Source: Chiloscyllium plagiosum (taxonomy: Eukaryota). Taken from it: a stretch of 64,000 nucleotides of DNA. The DNA lies in assembly GCF_004010195.1 (NCBI RefSeq), contig NC_057718.1, positions 49,625,239-49,689,238 of the forward strand, written 5' to 3'. The notes under the pieces are model-generated. The model was not told the origin of the DNA, did no database searches, and saw nothing but the letters and a program-made list of their open reading frames with translations. Positions within the stretch are counted from its first letter, which is position 1. Every line of letters begins with the position of its first letter. Shown here one piece after another: positions 26,769 through 40,074 of the stretch. The position numbers and the translations under genes were made by a program.

Positions 26769-27769
26769 TTTCCTTACATAACCAAATTCAATCACACAGA
26801 TGCTTTAGCCTGGGACATGAAACCTGAGTGAGCACAAAAGTCATTGAATTGTTTGCCTTAGATCCAAATATAGAAATATGAGAGATGGAAAATATCTTTT
26901 CTGCTTCTCCTAAAGCAAAGCAAATCATTTCCATGAGCTATTGAGCTCAAGGTAAGTAAGATTCCTCTGTCATAATGACAGGCAACAATTTTGATGTTCC
27001 GGACTGACATTTGGGAGTCAAGCACTTAACCACTTAAGCCTTTTACCGTACCATTGTTAAATGGTCTTTTTAAAACAAATATCATGTAATTTCTCAAAAA
27101 TAAAAGCAATTTGACTCTTTGGCATAAGTTACAGCTCACAAGTAATACTATCTGTAATAAAATATATCCAAACATTCCCTTCATCAATATCAATCCACAG
27201 ATTAATTTGATCTATGCATAAAAATGAAGGTTACAGTGACGCAATTTTCTAATATTATGGTGCACTATTACATATGCGGATACAGAAAATAAATTAATCT
27301 TAAATAATCAATGTCATGCTTTTTTTCTGAATTGGAAGAAATTCATTTTATTTTTCCAAAATGCTTTGTGTGATCGACAATCTAAATTATTATGACACAT
27401 TTATATTTAAAGTTTTTTAGGAAAGGGATGGATATAGGCCACTTAGCTCCTTTAACATGATTTCTGGGGGATTTATTTACTTGCCTTTTTTGCAGTCCCT
27501 TGATAGCTTTCAAACAAAAACATTCCAATAGTATCTCAATTGAAAATTTCAACAGTGTTAGCCTCAAAGCTCAAAGATTTGCAACACCCTGTGACTTAAG
27601 AAATATCTCGGAGGAAAAAAAATGGATGTCAACTATAAGTGAATTGCTGGGGAAGCTGACCATAAATGTAATCAGAGGTAAGCTTTAAGGATTCTTTTAA
27701 AGAACGAAATGGAAGTAACTTAATGAATTTGTGTGTTATGACTCACAGTAGACATGCAACATAACCTTT

Positions 27770-29080
27770 TTTAAAATTAATTCATGGGATGTGGTCATCA
27801 CTTACTAGTCCAGCATTTATTGCCCATTCCTAATTGCCCTTGAGAAGGTGTTAGTGAGTTGCCTTCTTGAACCACTGCAGTCCATGCACTGAAGGTAGAC
27901 CCACAATGTCATTAGTGAGGAAGTTCTAGGATTTTGATCCAGCAACACTGAAAAAAATGGCATTAGTTTTCGGAGCCAGAATGGTGAATCACTTGGAGGA
28001 GAATTTGCAAGAGGTGCTGTTCCCATGCAACTGTTGTCCTTGTCCTTCTAAGTTGTAGTGGTCATGGGTTTCATTGTATCATAAAATTCCTACAGTATGG
28101 AAATAGGCCATTTGACCCATTGAGACCACACTGACCTATCAAAGAGCATCCCAACCAGACCCATCTGCCCATCCTATCCCTGTTACGCTGAATTTCCCAT
28201 GTCCAATCCACCTAGCCTGCACATCTTTCCACTGTGGGAAGAAACGTAGATGAGGAGATAATGTGCAAATTCAACACAGCCACCCAATTGAACCTGGGTC
28301 TCTGGAACTGTGAGGAAGTAGCGCTGATCACTTAGCCACTGTGCCGTCCTGTTTGGAAGGTACTGTTAAAGAAAACTTGTTGCATTTCTATAGTGCAGCT
28401 TGTAGATCGTGCACACTGCTAATACTGAGCACTGAGGTGGAGGGAGTAACTATTTGTGGATGTGGTGCCAGTCATACATGTATGTTGTCCTGGATGGCAT
28501 CAAGCTTCTTGACTGTTGTTAGAGCTGTATTCATCCAGTCAAATAGGGAGTATTCCATCATGCTCCTAATGTGTATCTTCAGATGGGGGCATACTCTGTG
28601 AGTTCCTGACTGCTGGATTCCTAGTCTCTGACCTGCTCTTGTCGACAATATATTTATACGGTTGGTCCAGTTGAATTTCGGGTCAATGGTAACTTTCAGG
28701 ATGTTCTCAATGGCGGAATCAGTGATAGTCAAGTAATGATACCCATGAATTTCAAGGTTGACTCTCTCTTATTGGAGATCGTGATTACCTGGCATTTGTA
28801 CAGTGAGAATGTTACATGCCACTTGTTAGCCCAAGCCTAGATATTGTCCAGGTCTTGCTGTATTTGGCCATGGGCTGCTTTAGTGTCTGAAGAACAGTGA
28901 ATGGTGCTGAAGATTGTACAATCATCGGCGAACATCCCCACTTCTGACCTTATGGGAAGTTCTTCGATGAAACTGATGAAAATGCTTGAGCCTAGGACAT
29001 GCCCAAAGGAACTTCTGCAGAGATGTCTTGGAGCTGAGATTACTGACTTACAACAACCAATAAAACTGGAAATCATACAT
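27770..29080 (-). mobile_element. L2/CR1-clade LINE, 3' half, with a nested HE1 SINE (~28080-28347, minus)
   Basis: ORFs 28837-29190 (IRSEVGMFADDCTIF..QIQQDLDNI) and 28472-28732; tail gcatttattgcccattcctaattgccc. Confidence 0.85.
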
Positions 29081-29404
29081 ACTGGTCTTATATATCTGAA
29101 AATATGACTAGTACATCTATTTCCCAGTTGTCCTATGTTTTCATAAGTTGGTCTTTCCCCTCTGAGTACTAGTAGCATGAGGAATCTCACCCATAGGAGT
29201 GATCAACTCCTCTTGACATACTGTTCTACATGATAGAGGGGATGGGTACAGAGCACCAGCCAGCAGGAGACAATATTCATGACACAGTGCAATGGTAGAG
29301 GAATAGTTCTAGGGGTATGACATTTGCTGTTTACTGGAATGAAGAAAAACTTTTGCCAAGTGGATCAGCATTCCAGGGACAATCCAGGTCATAATAGACC
29401 AAAT

Positions 29405-29740
29405 GATCATAAGAAATAGGAACAGAAGTAGGTCGTTCGACCTCTCAAGCTTGCTCCACCATTCAATAGGATCATGGCTAATGTTACATTCCTGCATTTT
29501 CCCCACAACCCTTAATTCCCCTATTGATCAAGAACCTATCTATTTCAGCTTTAAATAAACACAGGGATTCTGCCACCACAACTCTCTGCAGGAAGGAGTT
29601 CCAAAGATACTTAACCCCCAGGGAAAAGAAATTCCTCCTCATCTTAGTTGTAAATTGGTGCCCCTTTATTCTGAGACTATGCCCTCTGGTTCAAAACTCT
29701 CCCATGAGGGGAAACATCTTCTCAGTATTTACACTAACAA
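29405..29740 (-). mobile_element. CR1 3' fragment
   Basis: cataagaaataggaacagaagtagg...ggagttccaaaga...aagaaattcctcctcatct. Confidence 0.8.
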
Positions 29741-29769
29741 ACTCCAAAATAGCCCTTCCAAGATCTGCC

Positions 29770-30450
29770 AGTGATATAGTTACAATTCCAATCTGTTGCT
29801 CACAAGTGCATCTTCCAGATATCTGATGTAATGTTTGCCAGAGACACCACCTACATTCAAATCCAGTCAGAGTGTGGGGCTCCTCAGATTTGCTACTCTG
29901 GCTGGGTACCTAATGGTACAGAAAAGATTTCACATGTAATGGAGGCACCAAAATCTTCAACAGAAGAGGATTTAACTCTTTTAATGTTCAGCCGCTGTGT
30001 ATCCGTTGGAAACCTATCGTATCTGTCTGAAACACACAGGAAGCTTCAATGATGCATTGTTCTAGTCTCCCACACAAAGTTTAATCTCAAAACAGAAACA
30101 GTGAATGGTTACTTAGACACAATGTTTACTCACTAAGTGCGTACTTGTCAGCAGCTCAGGAGAGATCTTACCACTGACACTGACAGGGAAAATACTAACA
30201 AAGCCAACTAAACACAAAAGTGGTTACTGAGCAAGCCTTCATAGATGAAGATGTGGTTCAGGTGTTTAGACTGATCTAAGGGTGCTTTTCAGTGTACCAC
30301 AGTCAGATTTTCCAGAATTTAAGTGATGTGCTGCATCTTGCACAATGTGTTACAGCAGAGAAGACTGTTACTGTACAAGGACAAAGGTAAGGGCTGGTCT
30401 GCATTTTCAGGGCAGGAGCAACAAGAGGAGTCTAATGTGGCAAGTCTACC
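29770..30450 (+). mobile_element. PIF/Harbinger DDE transposase remnant
   Basis: 29953 translates IFNRRGFNSFNVQPLC (compare the HARBI1-family NRKG.HS.NVQ.VC motif); ORF 30323 begins CCILHN. Confidence 0.75.
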
Positions 30451-30777
30451 CTTAAAACTCATTATCTTCCAGGGATGTCTGAAATGGACAGTTCATCCAA
30501 GTGTCAGCTTATCTAAGGCAGTAGAACCATCTAGTACACCTATTCTGAAACCATTGTGTGCCACCATATGTCCCAACTCCAAGCAATCACATACTCAGTC
30601 ACCCATTCCTCACACTGATATGATTCTGATGGTGGAATGAGCTGATAGTCAAGCCCAATTACCCCAATAGATATATCATTAGAATAAGTGTTTTGATTCC
30701 ATCAACAAATTTGTCAAACTGTATGCCTTTTATGATTAGAACCCAGAATAAATGAAAATTTCACCAGGTTTCTTAAC

Positions 30778-31615
30778 TGCTATGACACAGAGGTGAACCT
30801 TTTCTGCTAATTAAACCAAACACCCAGAAAAGTTCACCTCGCCTCATAATTGGTTAAAATATGAGTTACAGAAAACTCCCAAATTCTACTATTTAAAGAT
30901 AATAATGCCAATTTATTTTCTAAGTCTAAAAGTGAACATTAAACAAAAACTATTCACAAATCTAATCCCCCTTTCTCTTTACTGTTTGTTATCTGCCTCC
31001 AACTCTATGACAATATGTTGTTCCAATAAGCCACTTAGTAAAATTACATCAACTTAATTTCAAAGCCACACGGTCTCTATCTTCTTCTGTGTCTTCACTC
31101 TACCGGCTGTGGATCTCCCTGAGTCATCTTCTTTCCTTTTACTGTGAGTATGTTTCACATGAAACAACATCTTTGATATAGAGTGTTTCCTAATTTATTT
31201 GAAAGCAAGATGTTAGATGGGCAATTAGGTCTCCAGGAGTTTCTCTCTCTATGGCAGTACGGCAGTTGCAATTTAACCAATTTTCAAAATGTCCACATTC
31301 TTATCCAGCCCCCCCCCACCCCCGCCACATCAGATTGTCTCATTGGCTCAATGTTGGCAAAACAATAAAATCAAACTTGTTTGGGTTTTAGTATCCTGGG
31401 GCATAATTTAAACTGATTGGTTAAATTTGAATTGTTGTCAAAACAGCAACCAATACTCAGGTATCCTTTTCACACTCAAATGTTACATATTTTCAATTTT
31501 CTAGTACTCTCTGGGACGACCATCTAGTTACCTAAACAGGTGCTTGTAATCTCTTACTTCAGAACACCATCCTTTCTCTCGTAATGGTATAATTCATGGC
31601 TTCAACTTCATAACA
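30778..31615. mobile_element. Solo LTR, second family
   Basis: Terminal inverted ends tgctatga...tcataaca; flanks taac/ttac (4-bp TSD, one mismatch). Confidence 0.7.
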
Positions 31616-34600
31616 TTACTAAACTCAAAAGTTTCTCATTTATTATTAACAGAACTTATTCTTTAAACAAGTGGAAAAACTGCTCACAACTAACTCTAAT
31701 CCAGAAAAAAACTATATTCCTTAAATTCCAAAAAGAAGCTATTTTCATGAAAAGCCATTCAATATAGCTTCACAGAGGTTATATGGATTTTAAAAACAAT
31801 AGGCAATTAAAAAAAATGCCTCTATAGATCAAAGGTTCAAACTGAAAAGATAAAATGGGCCCCCTTCTGATGGTTCACTGAGTTTCTTATCAATGGCACT
31901 GAAATGCTGACTCCCTTGTAATGGTGGATCTTCAGATCTCACTTCAGTTCAGATGACAGGTCAATTAGACTTAGATATTTGACTGGAAGTAATAGATCAG
32001 CTTTCAGGATTTATGAGTCAGACAGAGACACTGATATTTAGGCACTTCCTCAGGTTCACAAAAATATATGCCATTGAGCGAGGTCTGTACAGCTTTCCCT
32101 GATACAGAGTTCTTCTTGGGGGGAGAGAGAGGGAAAAAGAAAGTGAATTGTTTATTATATAGTTTCTTTTTGTTCCACTGACACACACAGGTGTATGCGA
32201 TAAAGATAAATTAACTCCAGAAGAGAGTTGCTACACAATTTGCAGCACATAGGCTCCATATCTTCCAAAACAAGTTTGCTTAGCAATTAAAGCAATGAAC
32301 CTCATCTATTATCTCTCTTAAAACCTTTGCTTGTCTCCTGTCTAAAGTTATTTGACTTTTTAATGATTAACAAGTGAGTCAAGACTACTGATCATTCCAA
32401 GAAACCACATGTTACTGCAACAAGGTTGACAAACACTTTTTATTACAGAATATCTAAACAGTTCTACATTGCAGTTGCCAATGGTTTGTAAACATAACAA
32501 TGTATTCTCAATAACGAACACACTCTTTGCTCATCCTTAAATCTTACCATGTAATTTTTCTCAAGGTAAAAAGGATAATTGAGTAGCAGCAGGCAAACAG
32601 CAATGGAGAGGTTGGAGGAGGTGTGGGGTGGTGGTGGGGGTGGGGGTATCAGTTAGAACCAGAAAAATTGAGTTTTTTGAGATAAAGTTTATAGTTGATG
32701 AACAGTAAATGGAAATGTGAGAGGTTAACACATCTTTAAATACCTCATTAAAAACTTTCCTACAACAAATCCTTTGTCTTCCTTTCCTCATTATACCTAT
32801 GCAGTTTAGCCCCCATGGCAAGCACAGATTGTGACTGACAACAGTATCCAAAAGCAAGGCACTCCACTTCCACAACTGATCTTGCATTTCACTGTAGAAC
32901 TACCTGATTGCTCTCTGAAGCTCCTGTCTGACTTGCGCTTCCCTCCAAGATCTCAGAGACAGCAGCTTGTTGCCCACAATATTTGTGAACTGTGGTGCAG
33001 CATTTGTATGAAGCCCAGTTGCAGGGCAATTCTGACTGGCACACAAAATAATTCTGTATCCCATCTGCCCTTCAGTCTCCCTTTCAGTGTTTCACTTTCA
33101 CCAAACCCACCCTCCCTGCACATCTCAGATCCAGTGGGCAGGTGGCTGCTTCTGGCAAAAATACATTTCCCCACTCCCCCTCAAGGTTTCAGCGAAGAAG
33201 GCTGCTCCCACCCTTGTATCTTTGCACTCCCAGCATAAAACCCCTGGCAAATCCCTCATGGCTGGAACTTAATTATCCTGCTCCTCTAATCCAGTTTGTT
33301 TCTTTCTAGCAAGAATGTTGAAGAGCTGAATAGATGTCTTTCAGCCTACTTATGGGAGAATCATTTTCTCCGTGCATTAATTTTCACCAGTGATTTTGCA
33401 ATTTCTGGGCTGGATTCACCCTCTGCCCCCATCTATTTTGAGCATTAATTCCTACATTCTGAAATGCTTCCACACAAACCCTGATATGGTCTCTTCAAAT
33501 AACTGATGCTGATGCAGATCATCATCATTTCTACCCGCTACAAACGTTCATGAAACCTGAATGGTACTCTGCTTGAAGTTGGTTGAAATGTTCAAATTCA
33601 AGCCAAAATTTCCACATTGTTAAACTCCTGAGCACAATCATATGTAGAGAAACCACACCACAGATTTCCCTCAGCCTTCTAATTATCATTGACATATTAG
33701 GCAGTACAGTTTATTAAATGTTCAAAAAAGAGTTCTGATGCATATTTTCATTATTCATCAATTATATTCATAATTCAGATGTGTTTCTTTAATACTGTAT
33801 GATATGTATACAATTATCCTATAGTTCTCCATAGATTTCATAGGATCAGCTAATTAATGATGCATAATCTGTATAAAATCATAACTTTTATTGTGTACAC
33901 TACATAAAATAACTCAATTAATGGTGTGACATATAACAAATCATCCCATTATTAACACATTATACATACAATCATCACACCAAAGTGCACAGTCTCTGTA
34001 TAATCATTCTATTAATTATGCATAATATGTGTAAAATTATCTCATTAATAATGAGCACTTAAATTATAGCTCTCCCAGTACTATACTCAATTATCGGCCT
34101 TGCTTCATATAGTGTCACTTCTTTTCCACTCCCTATAGAGATTGTTAATGTTCAAAACAGGCAGTCAGCCACCAGTGATTAACTGAATAAAAACGATGCC
34201 ATAAAATTCTATTGTTTAAAAAAAAAATTCATTATGTATGAGTCAAAGGAAGCAAACCACTATGAGCTTACCTCTATTTCAACATAATATTTATAATTTA
34301 CAATCAAAAATGCAGACAATCACTTACGTTTTGAAACTCAACTTCTTGATGAGACATTACTCTTTTTACTTTGACTTGCCCAAAAAGTGTTTGGCTACTT
34401 ATCGGAATCTTGAAAGTTCCATTACTTCCTGAGACCAAACCAAAATGGCAAAATTCTCAAAAATTTAATTCTCCTTAGTATTTCTGTTATTCTCTAAGGA
34501 ATGAACTTTTTTTTGCTTCCAGCTAAACAAGCCTCCACTGCTTTTTTAGCTCCTGACATGAACATGTCAGTACAAGTATGGCTTCACCACACTCTTGCTC

Positions 34601-35039
34601 TTCATGTATCTTTTGCTTTTGGTCAACTTCAGCTTTTACAGATTCTCTCCACCTGCTGAACTCAGGGCTCACTTCCCACCAATTTAGCTTCAACCCTAAA
34701 AATCTTTATTAAAAGTCCCAAAGCCAACTTCCAAGAATTCAAACCAAGGTTTCACCCTGAATTACTCATAGATTAGTTGAAATGTTTAACTGATATATAA
34801 TTAACTCATTAATTTCAAAATCAAACCTCATGATTCTGAGGTTTGCATGACTAATTTAAATGCATAGTTCGGTCTTGGCAATTCTCCTCAGAGGTACAGT
34901 TCTTCAGCCGACATATCCTGGCAAAACCTAAAGTCCAGCAATTTACTTATCTTGCAAATGTAGTTTTCCCAAAGTAAAAATAAAAATTGCTTCTAAGATA
35001 TCAATATGATCCAAGATCACAATCATTATGATCAAGTAT

Positions 35040-35335
35040 GGGGAACTTGTGTGGAGGAGACAAGGAAGACTTGTTCCCAAAATGAAGAGGTCACCAGGGA
35101 GATAGATTTTAAGGGAGATAGAAGGATGAAAAAGGGCATGAGGAAATATATTTTCATGCAGAAAGTGGTGGGAGTCTGGAATTCACTGCCCAAATGGGAG
35201 TTCAGGTGAAACCATCAACTCATTTTAAAAGATACCTGGATCTGTACCTGAAGGGCTATAACCAGTAAGGCAATGGACCAGATGCTGGACAGCTGATGCA
35301 GGGAAAATGGGCTGAATGGTCTCTTTCCATGTCGT
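35040..35335 (+). mobile_element. CR1 3' fragment
   Basis: MRKYIFMQKVVGVWNSLP. Confidence 0.7.
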
Positions 35336-36070
35336 GCATCTGTGACACTGACTTAATCTAACAATTTACCACATCTGAGGCAAGAGTGCAATAAAATGAG
35401 CCAACTGGTACAAGAAAGAACTTAGAATAAAATGCAGCATGCTGACAGTAGTAAATTGCAAGCAATGATTTACTTCTGAGCAAGGTGCTGCAACTCATCT
35501 ATAGGTTCATGACTTGCACGTTATTCATTTCAGAGCCATTATACCAACTCTTGTAATTCACAGCTGACAGCCCGATACTCCCTGAATACAGATCATTTAA
35601 TGTCTTTTGCTTCTCTTAAATTCATTAAGTTCAATTAATTATTTATAATTACTGGTCATAGAAAATGAACTCAAGTAAGAATAAAGGAGTTGAGATGGAA
35701 TTGTTCACTTCTTCTGACCCTAATTTATGAGCATGAAGAATTAATGTGTTTTTCACAAAGTTAACAAATGATATCATGGAACTATGAATTTGTATCAGGT
35801 TTTAGGTTTATCATTGAAAGGCTCTCATAATTGAACTGCTTCAGTTACATTCCTTTCTCCAGGTATAGTAACTTGACAAAGCTTGTGTTCTTATATGATG
35901 CCTGGGAGCAAGTTTTAATTGCATTCTTTGTAATATACTAACAGATTTAGATATATTGTCACCTGCATATAAGAAAAAGTGAAAAGTATTATTTTGCATG
36001 TTATACGCAAACTGTCATCACGCTCCGGTGCCATCTTGAAACACTGAATATAATACATGATGTTACTGCA

Positions 36071-36387
36071 ATTAGATTAGATTAGATTACATTACAGTGT
36101 GGAAACAGGCCCTTCGGCCCAACAAGTCCACACCGCCCCGCCAAAGCGCAACCCACCCATACCCCTACATTTACCCCTTACCTAACACTACGGGCAATTT
36201 AGCATGGCCAATTCACCTGACCTGCACATCTTTGGACTGTGGGAGGAAACCGGAGCACCCGGAGGAAACCCACGCAGACACGGGGAGAACGTGCAAACTC
36301 CACACAATCAGTCGCCTGAGGCGGGAATTGAACCCAGGTCTCTGGCGCTGTGAGGCAGCAGTGCTAACCACTGTGCCACCGTGCCAC
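36071..36387 (-). mobile_element. HE1-type V-SINE, young (CpGs retained)
   Basis: (TTAGA)n tail; reverse complement has intact A and B boxes. Confidence 0.95.
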
Positions 36388-37281
36388 CCACCAATAGAGT
36401 TCATCTTTCTCTGCTTCTTGTTCCTCCTCTGTGCTCTTCCAATTGCTGCTTGACATTGGCCGGAGTCTGTGAAATGGGCTTCTCGGTCTCTGTAACTGGC
36501 TCTGGGGTATCGGTTATGGGTGTCCACCACTGTCATTAGTGCAATCGCTGCGTCTGAGTTAGAGCCATGCACCTGGGGATACACAGGTGTTTCTTCCATA
36601 CAAAACCCACGATATATTTGCAGTCAAATTTGCAACTTCACTGTACTTTAAATAAAAACAATTTCTAGTTATTGATTGGTATTTAATGTGGGGAGGTGGG
36701 TCTCACCCAGCAGCCTGGAAAGTGCTGAGCTTGGCCCTGCCACCCCAGAAAACTTTGGTGTCAGAACCACAGGAATGGCCCAGTGTGGGTAAGAGACATA
36801 CTTGACATGAGGTCAGGTCCAATGACCTATAAAGTATGGGAATTGAACAAGTGCATGGACCATATGAATGCTGCAAACTCACCAACAATATGGGAGCAAA
36901 AATATGCCTGGTCCCTCGAGAGCCTTTCTGACTATTCTGGAACCCATGGGTTCTCCATCTCTGTCAAGCATCGAAGGTTATAGGTCCTGTCCCCACTCTG
37001 TTGCATTCAAGTGCTGCAAGCCAACCAAAGAGTTTGCTAGTTTTTTTAATCCCAAAAGTGCTTGCAGCAGCAGTGGCTCTGCTGGGACTGCAATTTGTTA
37101 ATGATCCAAAGTAGCAACGGTCGTTGCAGAAGATGATAATTGGGATAGACTCACCAAGCCCAGTCAGGCTGGCCTCTGTGCCTCAGTTAGGTGGTGGGAG
37201 GTGCAATCTGGAGGCCAGGGGATCAAAAACAGGCAGCACTTTCTGCTGGAGGTTGAAGCTCAAAGTCCAACAAGAGGCATA

Positions 37282-39528
37282 TGAAGTAACTCTACAGAGG
37301 CTGGTATTCTGTCACCAAGTCACCCCTTACCTACATGTGACACTGATCCAGCTCCCCCAGAGCCAGCTTTCAGAGTGAACAGGATGTCTGACACTCCTGA
37401 TCTTACTGGTCAGCCAGGTCTCCCTGATTGGCCAGAATAACAGTCCCAGTAGGGATTGCATATTCTTTGAGATCCACCTGGTTGACCTCATTGCAATCAT
37501 CACATTCCTCTCCCTCTGAGTCCAAGGTCATAGGCTAGTTTGTTTTTTCCATAACACATCTTGCGGTGTTTTAGGACCAGGTCAGGTTCATCTAAGTCTG
37601 CCTCTGCCACGGACGGCATGTAACACACACTAGTTCACCTCTTGCGCCCGGAACCTCTCGGAAGAAATTCATTCACCCCTTCAGATGGCAAAGGCAAGAG
37701 GGCTCCCCACGAGACTGCCTGACCTGCTGTAATTTCCAGCATTTTTTATTTTCAGTACAGAATCCAGCATCTGCAGTAATTTGTTCCTACTCAGATTCCA
37801 AGTTATTTTCGATGCTTGACAGAGATTGAGAACCCATGGGTTCCAGAATAGTCAGAAAGGCTCTCGAGGAGCCAGGCATATTTTTGCTCCCATATTGTTG
37901 TGAGTTTGCAGCGTTCATATAGTCCATGCACTTGTTCAATTCCCAAACTTTATATGTCATTGGACCTGATCTCATGTCAAGCATGTCTCTTACCCACACT
38001 GGGCCATTCCTGTGGTTCAGACACCAAACTTTGTCCCCTGAAGTAAACTGTCTCTGTCATCCAGTAGAATCTGTGTCCAGCATTGGCATTCCTGATGTCA
38101 TATCACCCTCCTCCACTGGTCCGGGAAGAACAGAGTCATTTCCCCATTAGCAACTCTGCCAGAGCTATCTCTGTAGTTGCACGAGGTGGGGTCCTAGAAT
38201 AAAATAGAAACCAGGACAATTTGGTATCTAGTGAAGCTGTAGGCTGTTTCTTCAAGCCTACCCACAAACTTTGGATTGCTCTTTCTGCCAAGCCACTGGA
38301 TGATGGATGGTATGGATTTGTCCTTGTCTAACAAATACCATTTGACTTTAGGAAATGCTCAAATTTCCTACTGGTAAACAATGGCCTGTTATCTGTGACC
38401 AACATTTCCATGAGTCAGTGTATTGCAAAAAATATGCATTTTTTTTATATCATCCCTGTGTTTAACAAATGATTTCTATGCATGTCCAGCCATTTTGAGT
38501 GGGCATCCACAATAATTAAGAACATCAAGCCAATGAAAGGATTTGGCTAGTCGACGTGTAATCAAGTAATCAGGGTTTATCTGGCCGCACCTACGAAGTG
38601 GGGGTACTGCTAGTGTTAATTTTTTTGTCTTTGTTGGCACCCTGGGCACTGCCCCACCAATGCAGCTATGTCTGCATCCAATCCTGGCCAACAGACAAAA
38701 CCTTTCATCAACATTTCCATTTTGGAAACTCCTCAATGACTCCTCAATGAGTTCAGTGAATATTAGGCAACAACCTTTGTTTGGGACAATCACTCTTGCT
38801 CCCCACAATAAGATGTTGCATGGTGAACTAGTCTCTCCAGGCCCATAAAGGTTTCAAAATCTACATACTAAACAATCTCTCAGCATCTCCTTAAGGGTTA
38901 AACCAGTCATATGCTTATGCCAGTCATCTTAACCTAGTCAAAAATCCTCAAATGGATTTGTCTGTTTTTTGAAATGCCAAGTAAAAACAACAGTATCTTT
39001 CAATTTGAGGTTGTAATATTCCTTAACTATATCCATCGCCTCTTGAAAGGTTTTTGTATCTCGTGCCTCTGGGAAAGTTAGGCTTCTAATAAACTAAAAA
39101 CCAGTGGATCCACAAACTGTCAGGACAATTACTCATTGCTTTTCACCTATCCCAATGTCATTTGCCCTGAAAAAATAACGCATTCTTTCCACATACTGGG
39201 CCCAGTCTTTGACAGCAGGATCAAATGAGTTAAGCCTCTCTAAATAACGGCATGATATCATTACCCAACTCAAAGATGACTATTGCAAGCAAATTTATTC
39301 AGCACTATGCTATTCTCTTGTCGCCACTGAAATAACTCCACAGAGGCCAGTATTCCATCACCCAGTCACCCTTTATTTACACATGGAGAGTCCTTGACAC
39401 TGATCCAGAACTCTCAGAGCCAGTTCTCAGAGAGACCAGAGCCTCTGACATTGGTATTTATATCTTCCCCTATCAGGGGACTCTTATTCTACGAGGTCTA
39501 TATGGCTGACCTTGTTACAATCATTACA
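37282..39528 (-). mobile_element. Internally deleted Gypsy LTR retrotransposon with both LTRs
   Basis: Homologous LTRs at 39328-39528 (5') and 37282-37504 (3') with TG..CA ends. PBS-like TGGCGACAAG follows the 5' LTR, and the polypurine tract gagggagaggaa precedes the 3' LTR. Gag-like FDPAVKDWAQYVERMRYFFRANDI at ~39160-39235; integrase remnants at ~38200-38830 (WGARVIVP, HPSSSG). Confidence 0.9.
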
Positions 39529-39776
39529 GGACACCTCCTCAAGCCTGAGGCCAATCAGTTAGGCTTTATTTTCTACCCTTTCCCTGTGGCATGTGCACCC
39601 TACCACTATTGATAAAATACTAGCAGCAGCAGATGCTTAAGTGACCACAAAGTGGTAAAATTCCACAGTGGCGGTGATGGACACTGACCCATGACCTTTC
39701 AAACCCACAATCACTACCATCTAGAAGGACCATTTTAAATTGCAGCAAGGCCAGAGAGAACGAGGACTGGCGGGAA

Positions 39777-40062
39777 GGCCTCACAGTGCCAGAGACCCGG
39801 ATTCAATTCCCACCTCAGGCAACTGTCCGTATGGAGTTTGCACATTCTCCCTGTGTCTGCATGGGTTTCCTCTGGGCGCTCTGGTTTCCTCCCCCAGTCC
39901 AAAAATGTACAGGTTAAGTGAATTGGCCATGCTAACTTGCCCGTAGTGTTAGGTGAGGGGGTAAATATAGGGGAATGAGTCTGGGTGGGTTGCTCTTCAG
40001 AGGGTCGATGTGGACTTGTTGGCCCGAAGGGCCTGTTTCCACACTGTAAGTAATCTAATCTA
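39777..40062 (+). mobile_element. HE1-type V-SINE (5'-truncated)
   Basis: gcctcacagtgccagagacccggattcaattccc...cacactgtaagtaatctaatctaa. Confidence 0.9.
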
Positions 40063-40074
40063 AAGAAACCCTGA

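Noticed and set aside
26916..26957. Possible 36-nt exon ending in a perfect AAG|gtaagt donor
   Set aside because: Weak AAG acceptor, unrecognisable peptide (KANHFHELLSS) and no partner exon.
33840..34060. Imperfect AT-rich repeat containing ATGCATAAT twice
   Set aside because: Low complexity; too weak to call a POU-site cluster or minisatellite.
36097..36599. ORFs of 118 and 128 aa, and similar ORFs at 10470, 12897, 39735, 54405 and 57223
   Set aside because: Read-through of HE1 SINE sequence; the same peptides recur at every copy.
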